From positions 248,001 through 312,000 of IMG/VR virus record IMGVR_UViG_3300027759_000045: a stretch of 64,000 nucleotides of DNA. One strand, 5' to 3'. Both the position numbers and the translations under genes were made by a program. Shown in pieces: positions 9,578-19,699 of this stretch. Below the pieces are notes generated by a model that was not told the DNA's origin, made no database searches, and saw nothing but the letters and a program-made list of their open reading frames with translations. The stretch's first letter is position 1; every line of letters begins with the position of its first letter.

Positions 9578-10812
9578 TGTCTTTAAAAAAATACTTCCCG
9601 ATTAACTCACAAACCAGTTGTAGGTCAAAATGGTCGTGGAGTACATTATATTTAAATAAAGGTGCTACCGCATCGTGTCATAGGGCTAGTGTTTCTAGTA
9701 TACCAGAAAATTTTGAAGACTTTCATAACACTCCTATTAAAATACAGGATAGGAGTGTTATGTTACAATCTCAATGGCCCGGCAACGGGTGTGAATATTG
9801 TCAAGATATTGAACACAGCGGAGGTATTAGTGATCGTATGTTTCAAAATCAAATTCCAAATGTATACCCTAAAGAACTTGATCAAGACAATACGTTAACT
9901 GTAGTTAATCCTGCGGTGTTAGAAGTATTTTTTTCTAACACCTGTAATCTATCATGCATTTATTGTGATGCAAAACATAGTTCATCAATTCAAGCCGAAA
10001 ATAAAAAGTTTGGAGGTGCAATACTTCCTGAATTAAACTTTGAATACACTGATAACAAATATCGCGAGCTTGTTCCAAAATTTTGGGCATGGCTTGAAAC
10101 ACATAGCCTATCCTTACAACGATTACAAATTTTAGGTGGTGAGCCCTTCTTACAACCTGATGTGTTGAAGCTGATTGAATATTTTGAACAACATCCGCAC
10201 CCAGACCTAGAGTTTAATTTGGTTACCAACCTTATGTTGCCAATCAAGGTTATAGAACCTATATTGAAAAAACTAAGAGATCTAAAACAACAAAATAAGC
10301 TGAAACGAATTGATATCCAAGTCAGTGTCGATTGCTGGGGATCCGCACAAGAATACACACGGCATGGATTTATGTTAGATATTTTTGATCGTAACATGGA
10401 GTTGTTAATCGAAATGTCTGAATTTCGAATCGGCCTATTGTCAACTATAACTTCACTGTCGATTCCCAGCATGCCCGAGTTAGCACAAAAATACAATCAA
10501 TGGTGTACAAAACAAAAAATATTTTGGTACATGCATTTGGTTCTACCTAATAACAAAAGTGTGTTTGATCCCACTATGTTTGATTACTCTGTATTTGCCT
10601 CTAGCTTAGAATCTGTGTATAATTTATTACCTAAGGAAACTTGGGATGACAAAACCACTCTTGAAAGTTTTGATGGCATTGTATCTAAACTAAAAAACAA
10701 ATGTAAAACAGACCTTATAAGACAACAAGGTCTGTTGCAATATCTTGACACCAACGATTACAGAAGAAAGACCAAATGGAAAGACATTTTTTCCTGGTTA
10801 ACAATAGGATAA
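9577..10812 (+). CDS. Radical SAM protein with N-terminal twitch domain
   Basis: SCRSKW..ASCH, CEYC..IE..SDR; CNLSCIYC; GGEPFL; SVDCWGSAQEYTRHG. Confidence 0.9.
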   Translation: MSLKKYFPINSQTSCRSKWSWSTLYLNKGATASCHRASVSSIPENFEDFHNTPIKIQDRSVMLQSQWPGNGCEYCQDIEHSGGISDRMFQNQIPNVYPKELDQDNTLTVVNPAVLEVFFSNTCNLSCIYCDAKHSSSIQAENKKFGGAILPELNFEYTDNKYRELVPKFWAWLETHSLSLQRLQILGGEPFLQPDVLKLIEYFEQHPHPDLEFNLVTNLMLPIKVIEPILKKLRDLKQQNKLKRIDIQVSVDCWGSAQEYTRHGFMLDIFDRNMELLIEMSEFRIGLLSTITSLSIPSMPELAQKYNQWCTKQKIFWYMHLVLPNNKSVFDPTMFDYSVFASSLESVYNLLPKETWDDKTTLESFDGIVSKLKNKCKTDLIRQQGLLQYLDTNDYRRKTKWKDIFSWLTIG

Positions 10813-10815
10813 CAC

Positions 10816-11268
10816 ATGTGGTACAGTAAAGTTACAGCCAATCTTGGACTCATACCAGACTTTATACAACACTATGAGAATGAGTTAGATCTGGCCAAGC
10901 GAGATTGCAAAATTGGTGGTATAGTAGAAAAAAACATCACCGCATTGCCGGGCATCACAGAGCATAGGTTTAATCAGTTGCAAGAAATTGAGGCAGTGCT
11001 TAATTTTCTCAACATTCAACTGCGCAAGATTCGTCGCAAACACTTTCAGAAATATTTGGAAGGATATGCAAGAGCATTAACTAGTAGGGATGCTGAAAAA
11101 TATGTGGATGGCGAGGATGAAGTAATTGACTACGAAACCATTATTAACGAAGTGGCATATTTACGAAATCGATTTTTGGGCATTATGAAAGCAATGGAAA
11201 GTAAAAACTTCATGTTGGGACATGTGGTTAGACTGCGAGCAGCCGGTATGGAAGATATACAGTTATGA
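10816..11268 (+). CDS. uvsY: Recombination mediator UvsY-like
   Basis: 150-aa helical protein with YLEGYARALTSRDAEKYVDG and AMESKNFML; position downstream of uvsX. Confidence 0.75.
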   Translation: MWYSKVTANLGLIPDFIQHYENELDLAKRDCKIGGIVEKNITALPGITEHRFNQLQEIEAVLNFLNIQLRKIRRKHFQKYLEGYARALTSRDAEKYVDGEDEVIDYETIINEVAYLRNRFLGIMKAMESKNFMLGHVVRLRAAGMEDIQL

Positions 11269-12023
11269 CATTCAGAAACGATGACGAAAGTCATGCACAC
11301 AGTTTACAAACACTCAATACCTTGTTTGAGTACGATGACTTTATGGAAAGCATTGGCACACTGGTTGACCTAGGGTGTGGGTCAGGCGCTGATCTAGAAT
11401 GGTGGGCAACTAGAACAACTCGAGACGATGCCCCGATACCCCTGAATATTCGTTGCACAGGCATAGACACAGGTTCCACACCTGCTGTGGTTAAAAAGCA
11501 TTCTAACATTGTGTATCAAAAAATAGATTTTGAAAATACAGAAAATCTGCCTGGCAAGTCAAAGTTTGATGTGTTGTGGTGCCACAATGCATTTCAACAC
11601 TGTATCAACCCACTGGCAACATTGGCCAAGTGGAACGCTATTGCTGAACCGGGCGGCATGTTGATTATGGCAGTTCCGCAAACCACCAACATGGATATAC
11701 GTCAACTGGCATTTGTGCAACCAAATGGATGTTATTATCATCACACTGTTGTGAGTTTAATGCACATGCTGGCTGTCAATGGTTGGGACTGTAATTCGGG
11801 ATTCTTTTTAAAACAACCAGACGACGAATTCATACATGTAATTGCTTATAAGAGTGAACATGCCCCAATGGATCCAAAGACTACTACTTGGTATGAGTTG
11901 GCAGATAAAAACTTATTACCAGAATCTGCGGTAGCAAGTGTAAATCGCTACGGGCATGTAAGACAACAAGATCTTGTACTGTCCTGGATTGACAAGAGTT
12001 TGTCTTGGCTAGGTCAACAATAA
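11265..12023 (+). CDS. Class I SAM-dependent methyltransferase
   Basis: LVDLGCGSG motif I, FDVLWCHNAFQH, EPGGMLI. Confidence 0.75.
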   Translation: MTFRNDDESHAHSLQTLNTLFEYDDFMESIGTLVDLGCGSGADLEWWATRTTRDDAPIPLNIRCTGIDTGSTPAVVKKHSNIVYQKIDFENTENLPGKSKFDVLWCHNAFQHCINPLATLAKWNAIAEPGGMLIMAVPQTTNMDIRQLAFVQPNGCYYHHTVVSLMHMLAVNGWDCNSGFFLKQPDDEFIHVIAYKSEHAPMDPKTTTWYELADKNLLPESAVASVNRYGHVRQQDLVLSWIDKSLSWLGQQ

Positions 12024-12842
12024 ACGTCGAAGTGGCAATCCTGAGGCAATTTCTTCTGTGTACCATTCTGTGTGTGCTAGACTCTCTAGCCACGCAGTTC
12101 GGTCTGGTTTTGCCGGATTGTTGATTGTGGACAAATCTGTATTGCCAACAGGTGCAGCCAAACTACTAGCATGTACAAACGCCGGCACTCCATTTAACAC
12201 AGCCTGTGCGCCAGGTCCACTGTTATGATTGATCACGGCCCATGCTGTTGACAAGCACCGATCATAATCAAAACTGTCATATGTTCCTTGTATGGGCCGA
12301 GGCATCTCGATAACACAGCCAGGAATATCACTGATACGCTGTCTTGGGTGCGGCCTTATAACAATAGGTCTGTCTGTGTGTTTTCTAACAGCATTGGCAG
12401 TTTCGGTTAACCAAGCCACTGTGGGCGGCTGTCCTGTCCATTGCTCAGAATCAGATCGTTGTGCGGCAATCACAATGTTGTAACCAGCATTGGTCCAAGG
12501 CCTAGCTTCCAGTCTCAACTGTGCCGCACGTCCTGGAATTAACTTTTTTCCATAGTATGCATTGTTACCGGTTCCGTTGACACCTAACTTCCAAGTACTG
12601 CCACGACGTAGCATGCCCACCTCAACCACAACAACAGGGCGATTACTGTTGCGGAATGTTTGCCATACGCCTTGATTGTGCTTCATACGACCGTGCCACA
12701 ACTGACTCCAGATAACAGCAACATCTGCTGAACTATCCATGCTGTTGTGTTCGATACCTATGCTGTCAAGTCCTGCACGTACAGCCGCAAACACCGGTGG
12801 GCTGTTAAGCGCACCGTATTGATCAAAAATACTTACTCTCAT
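12009..12842 (-). CDS. Capsule-synthesis (KpsS/KpsC-like) glycosyltransferase paralog 1
   Basis: IVIAAQ, IVIRPHP, INHNSGPGAQAVLNGVPAF. Confidence 0.55.
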   Translation of the reverse strand: MRVSIFDQYGALNSPPVFAAVRAGLDSIGIEHNSMDSSADVAVIWSQLWHGRMKHNQGVWQTFRNSNRPVVVVEVGMLRRGSTWKLGVNGTGNNAYYGKKLIPGRAAQLRLEARPWTNAGYNIVIAAQRSDSEQWTGQPPTVAWLTETANAVRKHTDRPIVIRPHPRQRISDIPGCVIEMPRPIQGTYDSFDYDRCLSTAWAVINHNSGPGAQAVLNGVPAFVHASSLAAPVGNTDLSTINNPAKPDRTAWLESLAHTEWYTEEIASGLPLRRLLLT

Positions 12843-12883
12843 AATATACCCGGTTAAATATACACTTAGTTATAAGGAAAACA

Positions 12884-13690
12884 ATGAGTCGTAAATTCTC
12901 TGTGGTCACTACATTCAACGCATCGGGCTACAAAAAATACGGCAAAAGAATGATCGAAACATTCCTAAAAACCTGGCCAGCAGAAGTTGACTTGATAGTG
13001 TATACCGAAGATTGCATCATTACTGAATCTGCACCCAACTTGCGTGTGTTAGATCTGCACAGTGACAGTCCTGAACTAGTGGCATTCAAAACAAAATGGC
13101 GCAGTGTTCCCAAGGCCAATGGTGATGTGTCTGCTGATCCAACAAGAAGTAATCGCAAAGACGCTGCCAAAGGATTCAAATGGAATGCTGTACGCTTTGC
13201 TCACAAAGTATATGCCATATTTGCCGCTGCCCAGGCCGCAACTGATTGGCTGTTGTGGATGGATGCCGACACTGTGTGCCACAGTCCCATTACACTGTCG
13301 CAATTGCACAATCTATGTCCCGCCACAGCTGATATTTGTTTCTTAGGTCGTAGAGGCAAGTATACCGAATGTGGATTGTATGCTATGAATCTGTGTTCTC
13401 CCGGTACAGTAGACTTTCTCAAAGAGTTTCAGCGTGTGTATGACGATGCAGAGAACGGAATATTCACCATGAAAGAATGGCACGACAGCTTTGTGTTTGA
13501 TGTTGTGCGTAACTCAATGGCATTGGCACAACACGATTGGAGTAGCCATTTGATTTCAGGAGAAGGTCATCCACTTATAAATTCTGACTGGGGAGCATAC
13601 CTGGATCACCTTAAAGGCAGCAGAAAAGATCAAGGGCGTAGCAGAAACACCGACTTGGTAGTAAAAAGAACCGAGGCGTATTGGCAATGA
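12884..13690 (+). CDS. GT-A fold glycosyltransferase
   Basis: VVTTF, WLLWMDADT DxD motif, EWHDSFVF, DHLKG. Confidence 0.65.
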   Translation: MSRKFSVVTTFNASGYKKYGKRMIETFLKTWPAEVDLIVYTEDCIITESAPNLRVLDLHSDSPELVAFKTKWRSVPKANGDVSADPTRSNRKDAAKGFKWNAVRFAHKVYAIFAAAQAATDWLLWMDADTVCHSPITLSQLHNLCPATADICFLGRRGKYTECGLYAMNLCSPGTVDFLKEFQRVYDDAENGIFTMKEWHDSFVFDVVRNSMALAQHDWSSHLISGEGHPLINSDWGAYLDHLKGSRKDQGRSRNTDLVVKRTEAYWQ

Positions 13691-13711
13691 AAATATTCAA
13701 GGAGACTCGCA

Positions 13712-14359
13712 ATGTATGAAAGCCACGGATGGTGGTTCCCGGATACGGAAACACACTTCCCACAAATGCTCAACAAGAGTATCAGCAAAGGCGGCCCTGC
13801 TGAATATCAGTATCAAGTGCGCAACAAGAGTTTGACCTATGTTACTCAGTTCAGAACTGGTATAGATATTGGTGCCAATGTAGGCCTATGGAGTCGATCA
13901 CTTGTGACAAAGTTTGAGCGTGTGATTGCGTTTGAGCCAGTGCCGTTGTTTAGAGAATGTTTACAACGGAATGTTGCAGGCAAGAACTTTGTTATTATGC
14001 CTGTGGCCTTGGGTGATCAAGACACCACTGCACAAATGACCATAACTGAAGGCAATACTGGACACACTCACATAGATCCCGCCAGTATTGGGTCGGGTGA
14101 TACCGCTGTGGTCAAACTGGACAACTTACACATTGATAATGTAGACTATATTAAAATGGACTGTGAAGGATTTGAGTATCGTGTTATACAAGGCGCAGAG
14201 CAGACGATTCGACAATGGCGTCCTGTTGTGGTTGTGGAACAGAAGCCACACGACATGTATTCAAAGCAGTATGGACAATTTGCGGCCATTGGCCTGTTGG
14301 AATCATTTGGCATGCACAAGCTAGCCCAAGTCAAAGACGATTGGATCATGGGATGGTAA
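13712..14359 (+). CDS. FkbM-family methyltransferase
   Basis: IDIGANVGLWS, AFEP, VALGD, IKMDCEGFE. Confidence 0.85.
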   Translation: MYESHGWWFPDTETHFPQMLNKSISKGGPAEYQYQVRNKSLTYVTQFRTGIDIGANVGLWSRSLVTKFERVIAFEPVPLFRECLQRNVAGKNFVIMPVALGDQDTTAQMTITEGNTGHTHIDPASIGSGDTAVVKLDNLHIDNVDYIKMDCEGFEYRVIQGAEQTIRQWRPVVVVEQKPHDMYSKQYGQFAAIGLLESFGMHKLAQVKDDWIMGW

Positions 14360-14940
14360 GTTCTTACTACAAAGAATCAGTCAAACTAGGTGCAGTGTTT
14401 CAACAAGAAAACAAAAGCTGGGACGGCAAAGATACATTTTCATACCATCGACAGATACGAGATGTGGCACAACGTTATAAATGTAAGACTGTACTTGATT
14501 ACGGATGCGGAAAAGGACATCAGTGGGCAGAAACTACAGCATTTTGGCCTGACACTACGCCTATGACGTTTATTAACTATCTTAATGTTGATAGTGTGGT
14601 TCAATACGACCCGTGTGTTACAGAATTTTCCAGCGAACCTCCCGACCAAAAATATGATTTAGTTATCTGCAATCAAGTGTTAACTTACATACCCGATGAT
14701 GATTTAGAATGGGTCAAACAAAGATTAATGAACTTGGCCGGAACAGCTTGTTTTATAGGCATGCATGTTCAACAGCCTAAGGCCAAAAAACAAATATATA
14801 ACAAACAATACTTTTCTGTTGATCGCAGTCAAGATTGGTACAGAGAATTTTTTAGAAACTGGCAAGGTTCAGACTTGCACTGGTGGTTTCGAGATAAACC
14901 GTATAACCCTAATTGGATGAACAATGACACTAATAGATAA
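14353..14940 (+). CDS. Class I SAM methyltransferase
   Basis: VLDYGCGKG, YDP, YDLVICNQVLTYIP; start at ATG 14353 overlapping the upstream gene end. Confidence 0.75.
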   Translation: MVSSYYKESVKLGAVFQQENKSWDGKDTFSYHRQIRDVAQRYKCKTVLDYGCGKGHQWAETTAFWPDTTPMTFINYLNVDSVVQYDPCVTEFSSEPPDQKYDLVICNQVLTYIPDDDLEWVKQRLMNLAGTACFIGMHVQQPKAKKQIYNKQYFSVDRSQDWYREFFRNWQGSDLHWWFRDKPYNPNWMNNDTNR

Positions 14941-15493
14941 AGATTACAAAGACCAACTGGCATACTTGCATCAAGCAGGCAAGTTTAATAACGGACATAC
15001 AGCCTATCCAATTGTCAAAGACTTTATTGAAAAATATCAGCCTACCGGTGTGTTGGACTTTGGGTGCGGGCAAGGAGGACTAATTGCCGCAATCAAAGAA
15101 CTACATCCCACCATTGAGGTTGCCGGATACGATCCTGGCAATCCGCTCTTCCAATATTTACCAAAACGCCCAATGGATACTGTAGTCAGTACAGATGCTA
15201 TAGAACACATTGAGCCTGATTACCTTGATGCTACATTACGCACCATCGATGAAAAAATGCAACGTTGTGGCTTTTTTAGAATTGCCTGTTATCCAGCAAA
15301 AAAACACCTGCCTGATGGGCGCAATGCTCATCTCATAGTTGAATCACCAGAGTGGTGGCGCAACAAAATACAAAGTATTATGGATGTTGATATTGTGTGG
15401 GAAAATATACAAGTGGTAGATAAAACATCAAAATGGCCCAATGTCAAAGGCCATAACTACGATGTTGTTGTTGTAAAACGTCAGGTCAAGTAA
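14924..15493 (+). CDS. Class I SAM methyltransferase (paralog of the upstream gene)
   Basis: VLDFGCGQG, YDPG, DAIEHIEP, NAHLIV. Confidence 0.8.
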   Translation: MTLIDKDYKDQLAYLHQAGKFNNGHTAYPIVKDFIEKYQPTGVLDFGCGQGGLIAAIKELHPTIEVAGYDPGNPLFQYLPKRPMDTVVSTDAIEHIEPDYLDATLRTIDEKMQRCGFFRIACYPAKKHLPDGRNAHLIVESPEWWRNKIQSIMDVDIVWENIQVVDKTSKWPNVKGHNYDVVVVKRQVK

Positions 15494-16410
15494 GGCAAAA
15501 ACTTTTGATATATTTTGCCTGACCGGGCTTCTTCATCACTCCAGTGAGCAGCGGCCAAGTCTTGCACCCATTGCTGACGATCAAATATTACGGGTGATTC
15601 AATGCCGGACACATTTTTATTTGCCACCGCCCAACTCACACAACTTGAATCATCGGCAAACACAGGTATGCCAGCACACACTGCTGCCACACTGGCTGAA
15701 CTATTAAACAGCACCACAGAGTGTGCGTCTACCAGGTTGTCGGTTAGTTTACTATGCTTGGGATCTATAACAGATACATTCCATTTTGCTTTGTATTTTG
15801 GTGATGTAAATTGGTCAAAGTTCTGCATTGCATAAGAACCTGGATGTGGGCGCACAACAATTGCTCTTGTGGTGTACAGCCTTATCTCTTTGATTTTTGC
15901 ATCAAGCCATTGATTGGGATCTAACGACTTCATTGAAAATCCTCCATCACGTTGCATACATATCAATACATGTCCGTTGTTGACCTGTGGCGTGGCCAGT
16001 TGTAAAGATAATCGTTGGCTGATCTCTTGCCATTTCTCAGAGCCGCTATTTTTATTTGCATACTCGGCACAATCATAAAACGGTCCACCTAGGCTGTATC
16101 TTAAGTAAGTGCTGGAGTCATCAAGATATTTCCAACAACTGGCATCAATGCACATGGTCTTGAATTTGTGGCGTTGTTGCTCGGTAATAATTTGTTTTCG
16201 TAACGCAATGTTTGGTCCACCAGTGCTTGCTGTTGTCCATCCTAGTATCACTGCTAATCGTGCAGGTTGGTATTTGAAATCCCATTCAACATGAACACGA
16301 TGCCCTGTTTTAGTGACTCCCGCGGCAAAGCTTTCTAAGCATGCAATTTTCCTAGAATACTTCCGAGGATTTGCCACGCTACTGACGTATACAACTACAT
16401 CAAAGGTCAT
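15481..16410 (-). CDS. KpsS/KpsC-like glycosyltransferase paralog 2
   Basis: VLICMQ, IVVRPHP, LFNSSASVAAVCAGIPVF. Confidence 0.55.
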   Translation of the reverse strand: MTFDVVVYVSSVANPRKYSRKIACLESFAAGVTKTGHRVHVEWDFKYQPARLAVILGWTTASTGGPNIALRKQIITEQQRHKFKTMCIDASCWKYLDDSSTYLRYSLGGPFYDCAEYANKNSGSEKWQEISQRLSLQLATPQVNNGHVLICMQRDGGFSMKSLDPNQWLDAKIKEIRLYTTRAIVVRPHPGSYAMQNFDQFTSPKYKAKWNVSVIDPKHSKLTDNLVDAHSVVLFNSSASVAAVCAGIPVFADDSSCVSWAVANKNVSGIESPVIFDRQQWVQDLAAAHWSDEEARSGKIYQKFLPYLT

Positions 16411-17476
16411 TTAAGATCTGCCATGCCGTGCCATCCCGCATCTCAGCTTCAGTAAACTGACAATATGCAATATGTCTTGCCCATGCGTAAACTTCATCTA
16501 AAGTTGGTATTTTTAAAGATTCTATTTCGCTAACACTATTGCTACACAGTGGCGCGGCCGCATTTGGTCCTAGTGTGATGGCAGGTTTGCCCAATAGCAA
16601 TGCTTCACCGGCTGCAATGCTAGAGAATGTCACTAGACAATGCACATCACGATCTAGGGCCAACTCCAGGGTATCATCAACAAGCCTGGCTGTACGACCT
16701 GGCTTGGTACGCACTATAATGGGACGATCCGTATGTTGTTTTATTTCTGCTTGTGTTTGTTCTAACCAATCTTCTAATATGATATCATAGTTGTTCAATA
16801 GCTTTTGACTAGGAGGAGCAATCAGGATATTTGTTCCTCTTCGCATTTTTGCAATGCTAACACCAGTTTTTTCAAATCTGTCTCCGGGTCGTTCTACAAT
16901 GTCACCAAACCATTGTACATCATTTTTGGTAATGCGATGATACAATTTTTTCTTAACGTTGCCAAAATATCCTGTGTCAATGTAATAGAAATCTCTCCCC
17001 GCAGCCTGACAGGCCTCCATTTGTTTCCCTTGAGCAATCCCACGTATCACCACCGGTGTTGATGTAGTTTCTTCTCGAGCCCAGGTGCTTAATCTGCCGC
17101 CGGAGCCTTGTATAAAACTTTGCAAAATTGGATCGTACCGTTTTCCCTTTTTCTCGTACATGAGTTCAAAATCCTTGCTATCACTCGATATGGCTGCTAC
17201 ATTTCCGGTGTTTAGTAATTTGATCCGATCCACAATAGAATCAATGCTGGCGCCATAGTAATGCCCATCAGGATCTACCCTCCATTTTAGTATATCTCTA
17301 AAAATACTTTTGATAGGGCCAGTGACCATATCCAACTCGTGTATTGCTAAAGGAGGAGGAGGTGGGTTAACATCTGGTTTTTGTTTCTTTCCAAACGCCA
17401 ATTCCCAATTGCTTGCAAATGTATTTGCATCAACACTTTTAGGTCTTGGTGTTGATCCTTTACCAACAGCACTCAT
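16400..17476 (-). CDS. KpsS/KpsC-like glycosyltransferase paralog 3 with N-terminal extension
   Basis: FYYIDTGYFG, IIVRTKP, VTFSSIAAGEALLLGKPAI; start MSAVGKG at 17476 (ATGA overlap). Confidence 0.55.
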   Translation of the reverse strand: MSAVGKGSTPRPKSVDANTFASNWELAFGKKQKPDVNPPPPPLAIHELDMVTGPIKSIFRDILKWRVDPDGHYYGASIDSIVDRIKLLNTGNVAAISSDSKDFELMYEKKGKRYDPILQSFIQGSGGRLSTWAREETTSTPVVIRGIAQGKQMEACQAAGRDFYYIDTGYFGNVKKKLYHRITKNDVQWFGDIVERPGDRFEKTGVSIAKMRRGTNILIAPPSQKLLNNYDIILEDWLEQTQAEIKQHTDRPIIVRTKPGRTARLVDDTLELALDRDVHCLVTFSSIAAGEALLLGKPAITLGPNAAAPLCSNSVSEIESLKIPTLDEVYAWARHIAYCQFTEAEMRDGTAWQILNDL

Positions 17477-18159
17477 TCTACCAACCTTTGCTGGCAATAT
17501 TCAGTAAGTATGCGTTCTCTGTGCCACTCATCACCTTGAGGGGTGTCAGCAAACTCTTGGAAACAAGGCGTGCCTAGCGTGTAGTGTAGCAGTTTAGCAT
17601 CTTTGTTCACGCCATATTCATCAGGTAACCAGTTCCATTCAGGGGGTAATTCTCCAATACGTTCATCATCTATCCACGAGAAGCGGTGGAGCTCACTGCC
17701 TGTGGATTTTTGTATAAATTCTGGCGTGAGCTTACGATTAGGAAAACTATTACAGTTCCATAAGATTACACTGCTCCAATTCTTACGTGGGTAGTCTTCA
17801 TTTCGTGCTCCTAAGTATTTTACAGGCATGCGTGTTTTGTAATCGTGTTTGACCACCATAACATCATTATAAGGATTTCGTAACTCCCACAGTTCAGTAA
17901 TATCACCGCGTACAATCATGTCACCATCAATAAAGATTGCCCATCCTGTGTATTCTTGCAGGTGAGGCACAAGAAATCGTGTGTAGATAAAGTGATTACT
18001 GCCATCTGTGTGCGTTTCTTCGTAGTCTCGAAACAAGTTTAAGGCCACTGGAATAATAGCCACAGGCTTTGATGCATGCCGTATGATTGAGTTGGCACAG
18101 GTGTGAAAAGCAATGGCTTCTCTTGGATCGTACCCAACGTACACTGGTATTGCTTTCAT
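17473..18159 (-). CDS. GT8-like glycosyltransferase
   Basis: VYVGYDPRE, IFIDGDMI, YPRKNWSSVILWNC, LLHYTLGTP. Confidence 0.75.
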   Translation of the reverse strand: MKAIPVYVGYDPREAIAFHTCANSIIRHASKPVAIIPVALNLFRDYEETHTDGSNHFIYTRFLVPHLQEYTGWAIFIDGDMIVRGDITELWELRNPYNDVMVVKHDYKTRMPVKYLGARNEDYPRKNWSSVILWNCNSFPNRKLTPEFIQKSTGSELHRFSWIDDERIGELPPEWNWLPDEYGVNKDAKLLHYTLGTPCFQEFADTPQGDEWHRERILTEYCQQRLVE

Positions 18160-18911
18160 CGTCGTTCAATATCCTCTTCCACACAGTCTTCACCGTATTG
18201 AATTTCGATTAGTCGAAGCGGTTGATCAGTTTCGTTGCACAACATGTGCCACTGATTTTTTTTAATCCAGACGTAATCATGCACAGCAAAGTGTCCAACA
18301 AGATCGTGATCGCTGGAATTATCCAAGGTATACACCGCGGCTTCTCCTTCGGCAACAAACCAAAACTCAGCACGTTGATCATGGCGTTGCATGCTTAGAC
18401 ATGTCTTGGGTGCCACAGTTAGTTCTTTGAGTTTGGTGGTTGCACCAACTTCGTGTAACACACGATAGTAACCCCAGGCACGTGAGGTCCGGGGAGTTTT
18501 CCACTCCTCTAGTATCCACGAACTTGAATTGGCCTTGTTGTCTCCGCCCACCCCGAACACAAACTCCACATCGTCAAACACCTGTTCTGGAATGTTATCC
18601 GGTGTGCGGTCTCCGCCATTGGCAAAAATGATTTCATCGTTGGGGTATTTTTCTTGGACCAGGCGAATAGCATCACATGCTGTGCCATCTGAGTCATCAA
18701 ACTCAATGACGTCGTCCACCATGTGCAGATTATCTAACACTGTCATACGTTCATGCCAAGGCATAAACGGGCGACCTTTTTTGCGTGTGAGCCACAAATC
18801 TGAGTTTAATCCCACAACCACATGATCACCTAAATGATTAGCATGATTGAGATAGGATATGTGTCCAGAGTGTATAGGGTCAAACCCGCCGGTTACTATA
18901 ACTATTTTCAT
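18156..18911 (-). CDS. Cytidylyltransferase-like (HIGH family) domain fused to mannose-6-phosphate isomerase type II-like cupin
   Basis: TGGFDPIHSGH, ANGGDR, SSSWIL; RAWGYY, SMQRHDQRAEFW, EIQYG. Confidence 0.85.
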   Translation of the reverse strand: MKIVIVTGGFDPIHSGHISYLNHANHLGDHVVVGLNSDLWLTRKKGRPFMPWHERMTVLDNLHMVDDVIEFDDSDGTACDAIRLVQEKYPNDEIIFANGGDRTPDNIPEQVFDDVEFVFGVGGDNKANSSSWILEEWKTPRTSRAWGYYRVLHEVGATTKLKELTVAPKTCLSMQRHDQRAEFWFVAEGEAAVYTLDNSSDHDLVGHFAVHDYVWIKKNQWHMLCNETDQPLRLIEIQYGEDCVEEDIERR

Positions 18912-18948
18912 AAAGATATTTATGTGTGTATATAACGGTAAATATCAA

Positions 18949-19671
18949 ATGATGCCCGATAGCAACCCACTAGACTGTGCCTGTGTGATACACGGCGACG
19001 GATATACCTGGGATTATGTAGAACGACTGCACAGTATGTTGTGTAGGAATCTAAGTCGCCCAGTAAGACTGCATGTTTATACAGAAGCAAACAGAATAGT
19101 TCCAGACCATATGATCAAACATGCTTTGATTGATTGGGGCTTTGCAGGTCCTAAAAAATCCTGGTGGTATAAGCTACAGTTGTTTAATACAGAACATCAT
19201 TCGGGTCCTTTACTGTACTTTGATCTAGACACCGTAATTACAAAAAACATTGATTGGATTTGGCAATTACCACAGCGACATTTCTGGGCAGTGAGAGATT
19301 TTAGATATCTGTGGAAAAATACTTGCACAGTATCGAACACCAGTGTGATGTGGTGGAACACTGAACACTATCAGCATGTTTGGAAAGAAGTGGTTAGCCA
19401 AGATATTAGGCAATTTACCAGCAAATATCGAGGTGATCAAGACTTGATCTCAGCAATAATACCAGTTGGAAATCGTAGATTTTTTAACACGGACTGGGTT
19501 AAAAGTTGGCGTTGGCAGTGTTTGGATGGCGGGTTTAATTTTTCAAAACGCAAGTACTTGGCTCCCAACACTGGAACTGTAGTAGATGACAATACCAGTA
19601 TTTTGGTGTTTCACGGCAGTCCAAAACCACACGAAATCACAGACCCGGCGGTAATAGATCATTGGCAATGA
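18949..19671 (+). CDS. GT-A fold glycosyltransferase
   Basis: WWYKLQLF, LLYFDLDTVI, NTSVMWW, GDQD, FHGSPKPHE. Confidence 0.7.
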   Translation: MMPDSNPLDCACVIHGDGYTWDYVERLHSMLCRNLSRPVRLHVYTEANRIVPDHMIKHALIDWGFAGPKKSWWYKLQLFNTEHHSGPLLYFDLDTVITKNIDWIWQLPQRHFWAVRDFRYLWKNTCTVSNTSVMWWNTEHYQHVWKEVVSQDIRQFTSKYRGDQDLISAIIPVGNRRFFNTDWVKSWRWQCLDGGFNFSKRKYLAPNTGTVVDDNTSILVFHGSPKPHEITDPAVIDHWQ

Positions 19672-19699
19672 TAAATAACACTAACAGGAGAGATATCAA

